Part shown: piece after piece, positions 1-12,938 of the stretch
How positions within the stretch are numbered: position 1 is the stretch's first letter
How the letters are laid out: every line of letters starts with the position of its first letter
From: Perna viridis
Lineage: Eukaryota
Direction: 5' to 3'
DNA: 64,000 nt
NCBI GenBank assembly: GCA_037379345.1
Contig: CM074512.1
Coordinates: 39,308,001 to 39,372,000 of the forward strand
Made by a program: the position numbers and the translations under genes
The notes under the pieces: generated by a model
Database searches by the model: none
Told to the model about the DNA's origin: nothing
Seen by the model: the letters and a program-made list of their open reading frames with translations, nothing else

Positions 1-1015
1 AACCGTTGTTAATGACTAGAATACAGTAACTGAGATCTATTTTGTGATATATAGTAAAATGAACACGTAAAACAGATAACAGTGACACTCATAAAATAAC
101 ACACGTGCTATAGAATTTAGCATTTGCGGCATATTAACAGAAAACAATTATAAAAGAGGTCACATTAACTCTACCTTGTCATAATGTAACTAAATGAGTA
201 TATGGATGTTTAGAACGTGGATGGGATAATAAACATACATGTACCATGATTGAGGAAAAATTGTAACTTTCTATTGGCACAAATCATGGACACCCGCCAT
301 TATACAACCCAAGTTATATCTATGACGCAAATATCTGAACACGTTATATTTACATTATATATATATATCACAGATAAGTGTTATTATACTGGCACTTGTT
401 AAGTAAATGCTATGCATTCGTATATAGAATGTACAAAAAACAACTTTAAATTAAGAACAAGGCCACCAGTGTTGGCTTAACCTTTGTGCATTGTCTGTCG
501 TAACTTGGCTTTTTAAGCCAAAGTCAATACCGTTGTAACAACGATCGAATTCTTGAGCAACTAGGATGCATGTCTTCCTTACATGATTCACATGTCGCGT
601 TGTCTACTCTGCTTGGTTATTCAGGTAGTGTTAGAGATACAGTCTTCTAACAAGAAAGGCGTCGAAGTTTTCGTTTAAAATTCTAACCCCAATGCGGCTC
701 AACGTAATGGATACCCGTACATAAAAGTAACGCAAGCAATTGTTCTAGCCAATCTTGAAAAAGTGAAGGCTTTCACGAATGTTTGCCAATACAAAGTTCT
801 CTTTTGGAACTTTGCAAGACTCTTCACCGAAAAATTCTGGTCGCTTGAAATGATCCCTGATAATTAAATCACCGGTTTTGGCACTTTGTCATTTAGTGTA
901 AACATATTTCATACCGGTATCACATGTCCCATACCACACCGGAATCAAATCATATACTATATGTTATTGCTAGAGGATTGGACAACGTCGGAGGCAAACC
1001 TCGTAAATGTTAATA

Positions 1016-3162
1016 TCACAATTCGAACATTCCAAAAGAGCTACTGCTCCTAACAGGTCCAATGTCTCTCCGAAGGGGTGTTTTTAAAGCAACCTGGAGT
1101 TCGTCGCCTTTTTCCAAGAACTGCACTTTTTCGATGTAACTGACATGATTGAATTGATTGTTTGTTACTACACAAGTGATTTTGCTAGATTCAATCGCCC
1201 TGAATCCGTGTCCAGAGTTGCTGTGCATTAATGAATGGTGTACATTTCCGATGTCGGTAACTCCTTTTACATTCATATTGATTGACACACGATTATAGAT
1301 GAAATATACACCAGTTCTAAGTATAATAATCTTCTCTCCATTCACTTTTACCTCTGTGGTGTTCATTTTGACCTCATAGTTTTTCAGGCATTTTAATGTT
1401 TCTGAAAATACAAGATATTGAATTCTTCAAAAGCTCCTAATTACAGTGGCGGAACCAGAAAAGAGGAGGGGCAGCTCCAGACACATCCAACCATTTGGTA
1501 GTACTTCCCCCTTGTGTCCGCCTATCATGCTTCTAATTTTTTCTTCTTCTTTCTAGATTTTTTAATGTGACAAGGAATCGAAGTGAAGTCTTTCTTTTGT
1601 GAACAAAAACTGTCAGGGAAAGACTAATATACATCACAATACAAAATATTTCGTAGAGATTGTCTATCTTACTTATAATAATATCCCTGTCGGAAAGAAT
1701 ATGTACCCAGTAAAAACTGCTCAGACATGAACTTCATAAAGAAAAAAAATGGTTTTTTTTGCTGTTGATGTCGAAGGAATAGAAGAAAAAAGCCAAAATT
1801 TAGGTCGAAACATTCAACAGGTTACAAAATGAGACAGCAAAAATGCAAGGGGAAATGTTCAGATAACCATAATTGAAATACTTACGTTTTGAGCTGCATA
1901 CTGGTAGTTCAGCAGTTGGGGTCGTAAAATGAAATGCAACTAAAAGATGAGAAGAAACACAATGTTATCTACTACAACTAAAGCGTTTTCATAGATTTTC
2001 CTCATCTTCATTAGTATTTCTAGTTTGTTCGAATAAATTGAGGTTTGAAATCGAAACTGAATTATGCAAATATATACATAGTACATAAGGATTTGTTTCA
2101 ATTATCGATTGGTGTGAAAATTAAGTTAAGATTTATTCCTGTGTATATTAACTTTTATTATGAGAAAATTATGATCAAAATGACTGCATTTGGTTACTCT
2201 TTAAGTTGGAGAGTTATATATCTACCTTTTTTCTTTTCGTTGTGGCTTTTCGTCTGCATTTTCTGTTAAAAGAAAAAAATCATGTCGTTTAAAAAAACAA
2301 CATTGTAGTTATACATAAACGTTAACCAATTAAAAAAAACACTAAAACTGTGGACCGTCTGGTTTTACAAATATCTGAATAAAGAAGATAATCTTTTACT
2401 TACATACAAGTCATACATTCTATAGATTTAAGTGCTGACAGATTAAACCTTTTTGGCTACAGACCCATTTAAAATTTGGAATTTCCAAAAACAGTTCTTC
2501 TTACTTAATGAATATTACATTTAACGAGAGTACATATCTTTAGTTAATATAATTTAAGAGATACATTCCCATTGTAACATTATCTTTAGATAAATTACCT
2601 TAACGACTGACTCAATCATGTCCCCCATTGAACACATTTGCCCGACAACTTTATTGATTTTCTGTCCGTTCTTGTACACTGCTCCAAGTGTATCGTTGAT
2701 TATCTTACATTTTACCAGGTCAGCACCATCTTCCCGCAGTGCACCTTCCCCTGACGTCCTCCGATTGGGTTTTGGATGTTCCTGGAGTGGTTCATTTTTG
2801 GGAGTAGGAACCATAACCGAGATGCTCTCTTTTGGATGTGATTCAATGTCTTTGTCAGTTGAGATGTGGGGAATAATGAATACCATACAGGTTATCACTA
2901 CAACCAGTAGTATTGCATTGAGAATCAACATGACGGTGAAACTGATTTTAAGCTTATGATACGATAGAACGATGTCTTGATATTGTTTATTCATGTCTTG
3001 GTAAGGAGAGCTGATCAGACTTTCACACGTACTCTGACTTCTCATTCGTTGTCTACCAAAAGCACTTTCGACGTCTGGGGACTGGTTGTCCGCACAACTT
3101 TGACACATAGAAACTTGTGAAGTTTCTCCTAGTGTAAAGCCAATTTTACGATTCTGTTCCAT
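1016..3162 (-). CDS. TNF-superfamily ligand, divergent copy 1 (type II membrane protein, long cytoplasmic tail), ~346 aa
   Basis: Exons 3162-2599, 2262-2226 (37 nt), 1939-1886 and 1401-1016 all have GT-AG ends and join in frame (1041 nt). TM segment ISFTVMLILNAILLVVVITCMVFII, strand-A motif VAFHF, THD motifs GVYFIYNRV, LEKGDELQV and C-terminal FGMFEL. Confidence 0.9.
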
Positions 3163-5567
3163 TTTTACAATTTACATTTATAATTAGACAAAATACTTAT
3201 AGCCAGTTCAATCACACTTGGTTTATTTATGGGCTGTCCTTGTATGAACTGAATCAAACTAATAAATTCGTCTACTTAAAAAGTCAATTTTATCGCACCA
3301 ACTATTCTATTTTCATCTACAATTGAGGATCTTTCCGGTGGATAATCCTGAACCGAACAGTTCATTTATTAGATAATAGATTACGAAGTAAGAATAGATC
3401 CCCTTCCGTGTTGGACTGAAAACAGATAACAATAAGACACATTACACCAACATTTAAATTTCACATTAAAAATGACTGGCAGTCAGATGAAACCATAACC
3501 GAGTGCTCTAAAAAAAAAACCCCGAAACATCGACAACCAATTAAAAATGCGGGAACGTATCTGGAAACTTTTAATAGATATAAGTAGAATTACCACTGAT
3601 ATATTAGGTTAAGTCTATTTTCTGTCTGTCTGCTTGTTTATTTTTATTTAAAGAAACAATTTTTTTAAAGGTTATATTTTATGTTAAAACAATAAAAACA
3701 CTCAGAAAGTTCAATAATAAAGCAAATTCATTATTAAGCATTGCATTATGAACACACGAAAACAAAATTAAGATTTTTTCACATTTTTCTAGAGGAAAAA
3801 AATGGGGCCACATGTTAGCTCATTCATTAGAAATCTTTGGATCCGCCACTTGGATACCTTTGGAAATATGATTTGTAAAAAAACAAGATTTCATAGCAGA
3901 AAACGTCTCATCTTTTTACCATATCGGTCTACTTCCTTCAGGATCTAACATACACCTTTCAAATGTGCGCACTAGGCAAAGATGTGTATTAAATAAGCAA
4001 AGAATCTGTGCAGTCAATGCAGATGAACATATTGCTAGAAATCATTATGTATATAAAAATAGGAGATAGATATGAACTAATTTAAAACTTCATCAATTAG
4101 CTCATGCAAACGTTACATACATAATTTTGCTATTTGCAGATATTTAATTTCCGGTTTCTGGTACAGGGGTAACTTGAAAGCCTTTTTAACCATGCCGAAC
4201 TGTTTAATATTTTAATTTATTATACAAATAAATGCAAAGAACACAGCTCGATCAAGTCACTGATAAAACCGCAAATTCACCTGATAAAAATGTAAATATT
4301 ATGATTCAACAAGATGTAAACAAACATTTCAATTTCGAACATTTGCTATAAAGACTTACTTGCTAAAGGATAAAAAACATCTTTCAATCAATCACTACTG
4401 AAGAGTTATATTCGGAAATCGTCTCCAGGCGCGTCCGAACACTTTTGGATTCATCCGATGTTTGAATTTCCGGAAATTGGGATGACCTAACTGTTCAGTG
4501 CGTGCTCATTGTAAATGTACCTGACGCCAAGGACGTATCAGTATTTATCTACAGAGTAAAGGTTTAAATTTCATTTCAATTGAATTTGATCTGCTTTTAG
4601 GTTATATTAATTTTGTTATGCTTGAATTACTTAGGTGCAACGGAGTTACCTCTCTTTAAATATATACGCGGCATACGTATATATATACCATTTTTTCAAC
4701 CGATTGGTTAGCTTAAATAATAATAAAGGCATCTCCGTTTCATTTTTGCTAGAAATTAATCATGAATATTAGTTAGGGCTGACACATTCAGCACATTTAT
4801 TTACCTACATGAACGATTTAACTCCTTGTATCAACAAGCGCGAAATATTTGCCATCCCGGTTTCCTTCTAAATTTGCAGGCATTATTTTTTTATATTCTG
4901 TATTATTCTAAATTTAGTCTCTTTTACAGAAAATTAGTGTTTTACCTTTTCATATATGTCAAACTTTCCAAGGCCACCTAAATAATGCACCTAATTACAT
5001 TAATTTTAATGGTTGAAGTATTCTACTTTTAACTGCATGAATTTAATCAAACGTCAATAATTAGTTTCAGAATAAGTTTAGGAGTGAGAAAACTTTCTGA
5101 AATGATCAAAGATTTGTCTAGTGAAAAATAATTGATTCTCAAATATTTGACTTCTGTATTTTTTTTAATTTTTTTTTCTTAAGTATTCATTTTCTTATAA
5201 ACATTTATGTAAGTGAAGATTACACGATGTAAAGTGAAGAAAAATGTAGAAGTGATAGGATAATCAACAAAAACAAAATATACTTACTACAATGTCTATG
5301 CTTGGAGCGAGATGTGCATAAAAGGGGCTCTCTATTTCAACTTTTGAAATATTTCATCGGTTTTTCCTACAGCGTAATAATTTAATGTCAGTAATGACAG
5401 ATTTAATATGTAAAACGGAGTCTACGTGATGACACAATTGTAAATTCAAGTATATACAATGGTAAAGGTGAAATACAAAGTTGACAACAAAATATGTAAA
5501 TATTATCATCTAAATTCATATACGGGACACATGATACATTGTGATGATAATTTACCTAATCTCTGTT

Positions 5568-6017
5568 TTACCTAGAAACGATTGTCAAATTTCCCGTTTA
5601 TTGCTTTTACATTCAAGACATTTGAAAAGTGAGTTGTTCTTCTTATTTTCGTTGTAATTCAAACCAGTACCATGTGAGTGATACAAGATGGCCATGTAGG
5701 ATTTTATCACAAATGTTTAAAACAAAACACCGAATAAAAGCTGTCTTTAGACCTAGGTCTCCTCGTCTCTCGATCGTTATAACCAAGTAGTATTACCTAG
5801 AAACGATTGTCAAATTTCCCGTTTATTGCTTTTACATTCAAGACATTTGAAAAGTGAGTTGTTCTTCTTATTTTCGTTGTAATTCAAACCAGTACCATGT
5901 GAGTGATACAAGATGGCCATGTAGGATTTTATCACAAATGTTTAAAACAAAACACCGAATAAAAGCTGTCTTTAGACCTAGGTCTCCTCGTCTCTCGATC
6001 GTTATAACCAAGTAGTA
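5568..6017. repeat. Exact tandem duplication, 2 x 225 bp
   Basis: 5568-5792 and 5793-6017 both read ttacctagaaacgattgtc...aaccaagtagta; no mismatch seen by eye. Confidence 0.9.
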
Positions 6018-9000
6018 TGCGTGAAATCGATATTATTACGATTATAGACAGATTTTGGGGTTTCCGAAAGGCACCATTTATTTAAAGGTTGAAAGTCTAA
6101 AAATTACGATGTTTTCATCACAATATCCGCACATGGCTAGTGTATCCCACTCACCTTCTTTATGATAGTAAAACACTTCTGAACCCTCTATAAAATTAGA
6201 AATATGACCATAGAAAAGGAGAAAAAGATTAAAAAAAACTTACTGTATATACAAGTGTAATTATAATATCCAACTGTTTCTTATACACAAGAGTATGTTT
6301 TCAATTTAAAATGTATGCGCTTCCAACACAAACAAATTACATAACAACTAATATCGATTAAAGCATATCAAAATAACATGCATGCATCTCTATAGCATTA
6401 CATACAAAAAAGGTGATATTCTGGTTCATATGTAAGTACACTAAAAGCTTGTGTGACTGTTTACATCTAGTACAGTACTTGTAATATAACACAGACAAAG
6501 AAAACCACATATACAACAGAACGACCGAGAAATCATAAAAGATGATAAAAACAGTCATTGCACCAAGAAAACATTACAATCGTACAGTGAGTATCCTATT
6601 CTTGGCAGAGAAATTGACACACTGACATTGTCGTTATAATCTCTTTTATCAATACAACATCGTTCTTATGTTACTTGTGTTATCATAATGAGTGAAATGA
6701 TTTTAATTGAATAGATTTATAACTGGAATAGATTTCTATCCCATATTTATAAAATATTCAACTTATATCATTATTTTCAACACCTCATTGATAAGTGTCA
6801 GCTGTTTGTTATCTAAATAAGAGGTTAATTGACTGAAATCATTTATTTGTTAGTTTAAAATAGTTTTAAATTTAACACCTGAAGTGTTAGTCAGGAGGAG
6901 AAGGGTTGCTAACCTCGCGATAAGTACAATTTATATCATGTTGTATTATTGTATTCTTTTTCACGTATTTGTTAGAAGTACAGCCGCGATCCCCACTCAA
7001 GTTCAACACATTATACGTTGTTTTCCCTAGTTCAGTCAATGTGTTCCTTGCTTTAGTTACGGATCAAATGTTCCAACAAATACTAAGGACTATGCGTAAT
7101 AAAGAAAATACCTGATTCAAGGAGTGGAACATATGATAGCTTCGGCATGCTTTCACTTTAAGGTTTATTTTTGGTTCTAGTACATGTCATCCTTAAAGTT
7201 TGAAAATTTGTTATCCCAGTTATATTTGCTGTAACCTTTTTGCATTATGAACACCAGATCTGGCTCAAAACACGATAAAGATGTGATTCAAAATCGCCCA
7301 GAAATGTTACAAGCTCACGTAACCGTCTATGACTAGTTAGGCAGCCAATAGATCAGTTGGAGAATGAGGCGTTAGTCTACTATCTAAATAAACATAGACG
7401 GTCACATGGGAGCTTATAACATATATTTCACCGTTTAATAAGGATGTGACTTCAAGTGTTCTGATCATAACACCCTGATATGTGAACTGCAAAATTAGAC
7501 AAAAAGCATAACAAATACACAATTGTCAACTCGTGATGAAACATAGTAACTTTTTGAACACGCGAGCTTTTGCATGCATGGCAAAAATCGTATTTAACTA
7601 TATCAAGATTCGAGAATTACTTAAAAACTGAATAAAAGGAGAAACGTCGGGAAATCGCGGGACGCCTCTTATTAAAATGTTATAACTGTCATTTGTTAAT
7701 AAAATACATCAGAGGGCGAAGCTTAATACGACCGCTCAGGTCAAACCCTGAAAGGTTGGGAACAGTATGGACTAAGTGTAGAAATGAATGAAGGTGGTCT
7801 AAGAACGTCAAAGTTTTAAAAAGAAATATGAAAAAAGCAATTTATACAAAGTTGAAGAAATCGTTTATCTCTGATTCCTTTTGACCCCTAATTCCTATAA
7901 GTTAAGGACCATAACTCTTATATCTATCAAAACATTCTTTTTACTTGCACTTCAACCCACACAAATTAAAGCACAAACTACAAAAACAATTCACAAAACA
8001 AAATCCGCACACGAAAATTATAATGATAAAACAAACTAGCGAAAAGTTTAAAACAGTACGTAATTAATCACTTACTCACTTAATGAGCATGGGAGTATGG
8101 ATACATGTACGTTCAAGCTTCAATTTGTATGCAAGGACCAAGTGTAAATGAATTACGCTTCATGCTTATATAGACTCATGCCGTGCATTATCTATGTATT
8201 ATTTTAATATTAAGTCTAATTAATATCACTGACAGTAGTACTTTCTAAAATTGCAAAACTAATACATAACAGTCTACCTTTATTTACTTTGTGTAATGAA
8301 TAGCGATAGGTCGATGCTGAGAAAAAAATCGCTATAAAGAAAGAACCGTCAGAAACAATGCAGAGAAAATACATTCTACTCATTATTCTAGAGCAGTGTT
8401 TTTTAATAATGATATAGAATATAATGTTTTCTGATATGGTATAAATACGTGTAAATGGGTCAAGAAAGTTTCAAAAGTCGTTGCCATCGTCATATCAAGT
8501 GATTGAACAGAAATTAAGTTTTTTTGGGGGCAAAAGGGTGGAATTCTGGCGTAGACTGTCCATGTGAAAGTCCACCGTGTTTCGAGAAAGAAAAACAAAT
8601 AGGTATTAGGTATAGCTTTTAAGGATAAACTGATGTAGAAACAGAAATTGTAGTAAAATTGTAAAATTTCAATTTTTGGCACGCCTTGAATTGGCACTAC
8701 ATTTTTTTTTAAATGCTTCACGTAACTTAAAGATGATATTTACTGGGTCTATATACTGTACCTCTTGCTTGTAGTTATAGCTGATTTAATTAATTCGATT
8801 CCTACCCTTCAGTTAGCTTTGCACCAAATGACACAATAATTACACACAGGAACTACCCCCAGGCTACGCTAACCAGTAAGTACAGTAACTTCTCGTTTAC
8901 CTGTTTTAGTACTTTAGAAGTTAGTCTAAATACACGTAATTCATACTTACAGGAAACGGATGACACATACTGCGGTTGAACTAGCGGTTTTGATGTGGAT

Positions 9001-10523
9001 TTTAAAACCACTAGAAAGACAATTTAACTTAGATTTGTATGAATGTGGTTTATTCATATCAATATAAAAATGGTAATCTTTTCTCTAGTTCCACGTCAGT
9101 TAAAAATCAGGTCTTTTTTGTGTAAGCACTAATTTAAATACAAAGACAAACACCAAACTAATATTCTAAGTATCGTCATATATAACCGATTTTTATTTGT
9201 AGACTAAAAAGATAAATTAAATAATTTAAGACAGCAGTAAAGACGTACTGCATTGTGTCCAGCTGGTCATTTTCAAAGCTGTCATATGGAGGTTATTGAT
9301 TCGTTATGTTATCTTTCTCTTCAGTGGCTGCTCATGGTCAGATGTCTTAAACAATATTTTAACATTAGTCATGATAACAAGTCGCAATCTGATAAAGGAT
9401 AAGCTATGCCTTTGTTTGGTTTGTAGACTTGTACGTTAGTAAAAAAATTCACGTGTAAATTATCATGCCATGTACAATGTGGGATCACTCAAATAGACAT
9501 TTTGATTCGCAAATTGGTTATCTAGCCACTACTCCTTTACTTATTTTATTTTTTATTTCATATTCAATTTTGCTTCTTTGGGAATGTTTCTCCCCTTTGC
9601 TAATCTGTCATTTATTCAATTGATGTGTTTTATTTTTGTTGTAATTTGATATTACCTAATTAATATTTTGATACACAGAAACTCTGCATCATATGATTTT
9701 CGAATAAATGAACTTTTCCATCAATTTGATATCTTATTAACAGCAATGCAAGCTCGGACACTGGCCTTAGTGTATCTAAGTGTGTAATAATGATGACTGT
9801 CGATCTGTCTGTCTGTCTGTCTGTCTTTTTTGCGTTTATAAATAAACATGTTGGAGATTTTGTATAAAATATCGCTCCCTTGTAGAATTCCGAAGCGACC
9901 TTCGCATAATAAAACACAACAGTTGCAGAAGTAACATGTGTTTGTATATTTTTTTTGCTGTCGCCTTTTATGTAGTACCAACATATAGAAAGTTTTGTTT
10001 TGGTGTATTTTTTGTCAAAATTTTGACAACCAAAACGACCTAGTCTGGGTTTATTGATAATGACTATACCGGTAGAGGTGATTAAAGCGATGACAGATAC
10101 TTAATAGGTCATTTAAATCGTGAACGTCTTAAATATAGTACACCCAAACTTCTTTTTGTTGCTCAGCGAGCGGAAAATGTATTATTGAAAAAAAACCAGG
10201 GTAGTTTACGGATTGTGGTTTTCCTATGACTAATCATATATAAATATATACACAGTATCAAATATCTAAGTAACTGTAGAATTGGCTCATTGCAGAGCCG
10301 TATGTGCTTAAATCTTTAAATTATAATTGTTTAAATCTTGAGTATTAATAGAATCAAAAGTAGGAAACCTCAGATTCTTGGAAGAAACAGAATTCATCCA
10401 AAAACTGATTAATGTGTATACAAGGAACTCTTCCTTATACACCGTCTATAAAATATACAATCAAGCATAACAAGACTATACTACCGAAAATGGCATGCAA
10501 ACAATTGCAAATTATTTATTTAC

Positions 10524-10703
10524 CAGAAGTCCTTACATGCAGCAGAATAAACTTGGAGGAGTGAAGCTCGATGTACGCTCGAAGAGGTTGAATCCTGAGC
10601 AGTTGGGGCAAATATGAACAATGGTGCTTGAATGTTTGACACAGGATAAGTTGTTGTCCACACTGAAAGCAATACCCAAAGTTGCATTACCCTTATAAAT
10701 GCT
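10524..10703 (-). pseudogene. Possible relic exon 1 (TM end plus Cys-rich stalk) of an additional TNF-family gene
   Basis: A frame not in the ORF track reads SIYKGNATLGIAFSVDNNLSCVKHSSTIVHICPNCSGFNLFERTSSFTPPSLFCCM*GLL, followed by a phase-0 donor (gtaaat). The CxxC...CC pattern resembles the stalk of the TRAIL-like gene at 52396-52992. In-frame TAA at 10533-10535. Confidence 0.3.
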
Positions 10704-11201
10704 TCATGGACAGACAAACAGGCAGACGGACGATGTATTTTTATCAAACCTGAACTTTTCATTTGGTTATGATAAATAAAACGATGCTGAAATCAAAGGA
10801 ATAAACAATCAACAATTTCATGATAAATGGTTGAAGCGTTTTTTCGTAACGGCCTGAAAAACAGAAATGCATAACAATAGAAAGGCAGTTTACCTCAATA
10901 TAAATAAACAATCTCACAAAGTTTCATGAAAAAGGTCGAAACGCTAAAAAAAATAATTAAAAAACGGCACAATCTTCTTTTTCTTTTGTTGTTTAATTTA
11001 AAATTTACAAAAATCGAAAGAGAGCGTATATCAATATATACAAACAATTCATCAAGTTTAATGAACATTGTAGCAAGTGTTTTTTAAAATTTAACATCAT
11101 CAGTTAACAGTTGAATATTCTGAATTTTGTATTTTGTGCAAAAAAAAAAAAATACCTGAACATATGAAAGACCTGTAGTGTTTTGATAATAACAATTTGA
11201 T

Positions 11202-12938
11202 CTATAGCTTGAACATTCCAAAAGTTCCTTCGCTTACAGAGTCTTGCATTTTCACACCTTGTGGGTAGTTCAGTGCAACCTTAATTTGACTATCTTTTTC
11301 CAAGAACTGTATCTTCTCGATGTAACTGATGTGGCTCATCGTATTCTGAATTACTCCACATTTGATCATGTTTCTTTCAAGATCATTGAATCGTTGGCCA
11401 GTGTTACTATATCGTATCGAATGCGTAATTACTCCCATTTCAGGTAGTTTTGTGTTGAGTTCTGCATTAATTACTACGCGGCTGTATAAAAAGTAGGCAC
11501 CACTAGATGAAACCATTATTGATTCATCTTTGACACCGATGCTAGTTGTGTTCAGAGACACCTTCCAGTTCTTCAAACAATGTAAGGTTCCTAAAAAGCA
11601 TTAATAATAATCTGCATTAATTGATATTTACCTATTTATGGACCATTTTGCTGTTAATGTTGCTACCTGCTGTCAAAGTGCAGTGTGTATTAATCGTTTT
11701 ACATTCTTTGCATGAAAGAGTAATCAAGGGAACCAAGATTCTATTAGATATCAAACGAATGTAATCCAGGGATAAAAATCTTACACGGAAAACAGACACA
11801 CACAACAAAGAACATAAAATAACCAAAATAATCAAGTTATTTGACTAATTGTGATATAGTCCTACATCGATTATAGTCATTACAATGTATTTATGGTGTT
11901 AAAGGGTGTACATAAAATAACTCACTGCTGTCTTTACATCTTTCTGTATGTGTGTTGTTTGACACCAAATGGAAAGCTGAAGATTCTGAAATGAAATGAC
12001 AATTGGATAATGCTGGCGTACAAAGATCGTGGACTTAAATTTTTAACTTTAGATCTTTATATTTTTTATTAGTATTACATCTAATTTATTTGCATAAAAC
12101 AATTATGTTCAAAGAAATGAAAAGGTAAACTTAAATACGCGCAGGCTGGTCAGTCTTTTTTTACAAATGTTTTATAAGCGCGAGTTGGTATAGGAAGAGT
12201 TAAAACTTACGATTTGATTTTTCTTTTTTCATTGACTCCTCTATGTGCTACAAATACAACAATACATTTAGAAGATATTTCAATGAGTAAAAATTTCTTT
12301 TGTAAAGGCAAGTGAATACACAATTTATCTAACAAAATATTATTGCAAGAATGTAATTCTTAGTGTATTTAGATATATGGGCGGAGTAACAGCGACGTCC
12401 TATACATAGCCTAAAATCATATTAGTAAAACTGCAGAAACTTTTAAGTCATCTCTTAAAATAAAAACGTTTATCTATATTCTATTTGTATCATTACTTAC
12501 CTGCGTGAAAGAGTCGAGTAGATCTTCCATAGAGCATTCATCATTATCACCGACTTTATCGACCATCTGACCATTCTTGTAAAGTCTGTGTAATTTCTTT
12601 TGAATCATGAGGCATTTCACACGAGATGAACGTTCAGATGTCTGCTTGTCTGTCTGTGGTGAGTTTCTCCTTTCTTCTGTTATATTAGGCACAATGATGA
12701 TCAAACATATTGACACAACCACCAAAAGCAATGCGTTTAATACCAGCATACAAATGAACGTGAACCTCAGTTTCTTGTATTTCATAACTGCCTTTCCATA
12801 ACTTAGGTCAACTATTAGTGCTGCTGACGATTGTTTACGTTCCATTTCTGCAACTGAATAACCGTTACTATAACTACCTTTATGTTTCCCCATTTTGTAT
12901 CGATAATCAAAATTTTCCTTCAGCCGTGTTAACTTCAT
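11202..12938 (-). CDS. TNF-superfamily ligand, divergent copy 2, ~292-307 aa (ATG at 12893 or 12938)
   Basis: Exons 12938/12893-12501, 12247-12211 (37 nt), 11985-11926 and 11590-11202 join in frame with GT-AG ends. TM FTFICMLVLNALLLVVVSICLIIIV, SAFHLV, GAYFLYSRV, FGMFKL. Confidence 0.9.
11713..11830 (-). mobile_element. Fragment of the 3' non-coding part of the Penelope-like element, in intron 3 of TNF copy 2
   Basis: Diverged reverse complement of ~30535-30650 (aatcaagggaaccaag...gaatgtaatccaggga...caaagaacataaa). Confidence 0.6.

Noticed and set aside
2950-3003. ITAM/ITIM in the juxtamembrane tyrosines of copy 1
   Set aside because: Spacing is wrong for an ITAM. LSYHKL abuts the TM, and the 7-residue Tyr periodicity fits an amphipathic helix better.
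10520-10762. The 80-aa ORF as an independent gene
   Set aside because: Its 5' part lies in a gacagacaaacaggcagacggac repeat end and the protein has no recognisable motif. A different frame is reported as a possible TNF relic.
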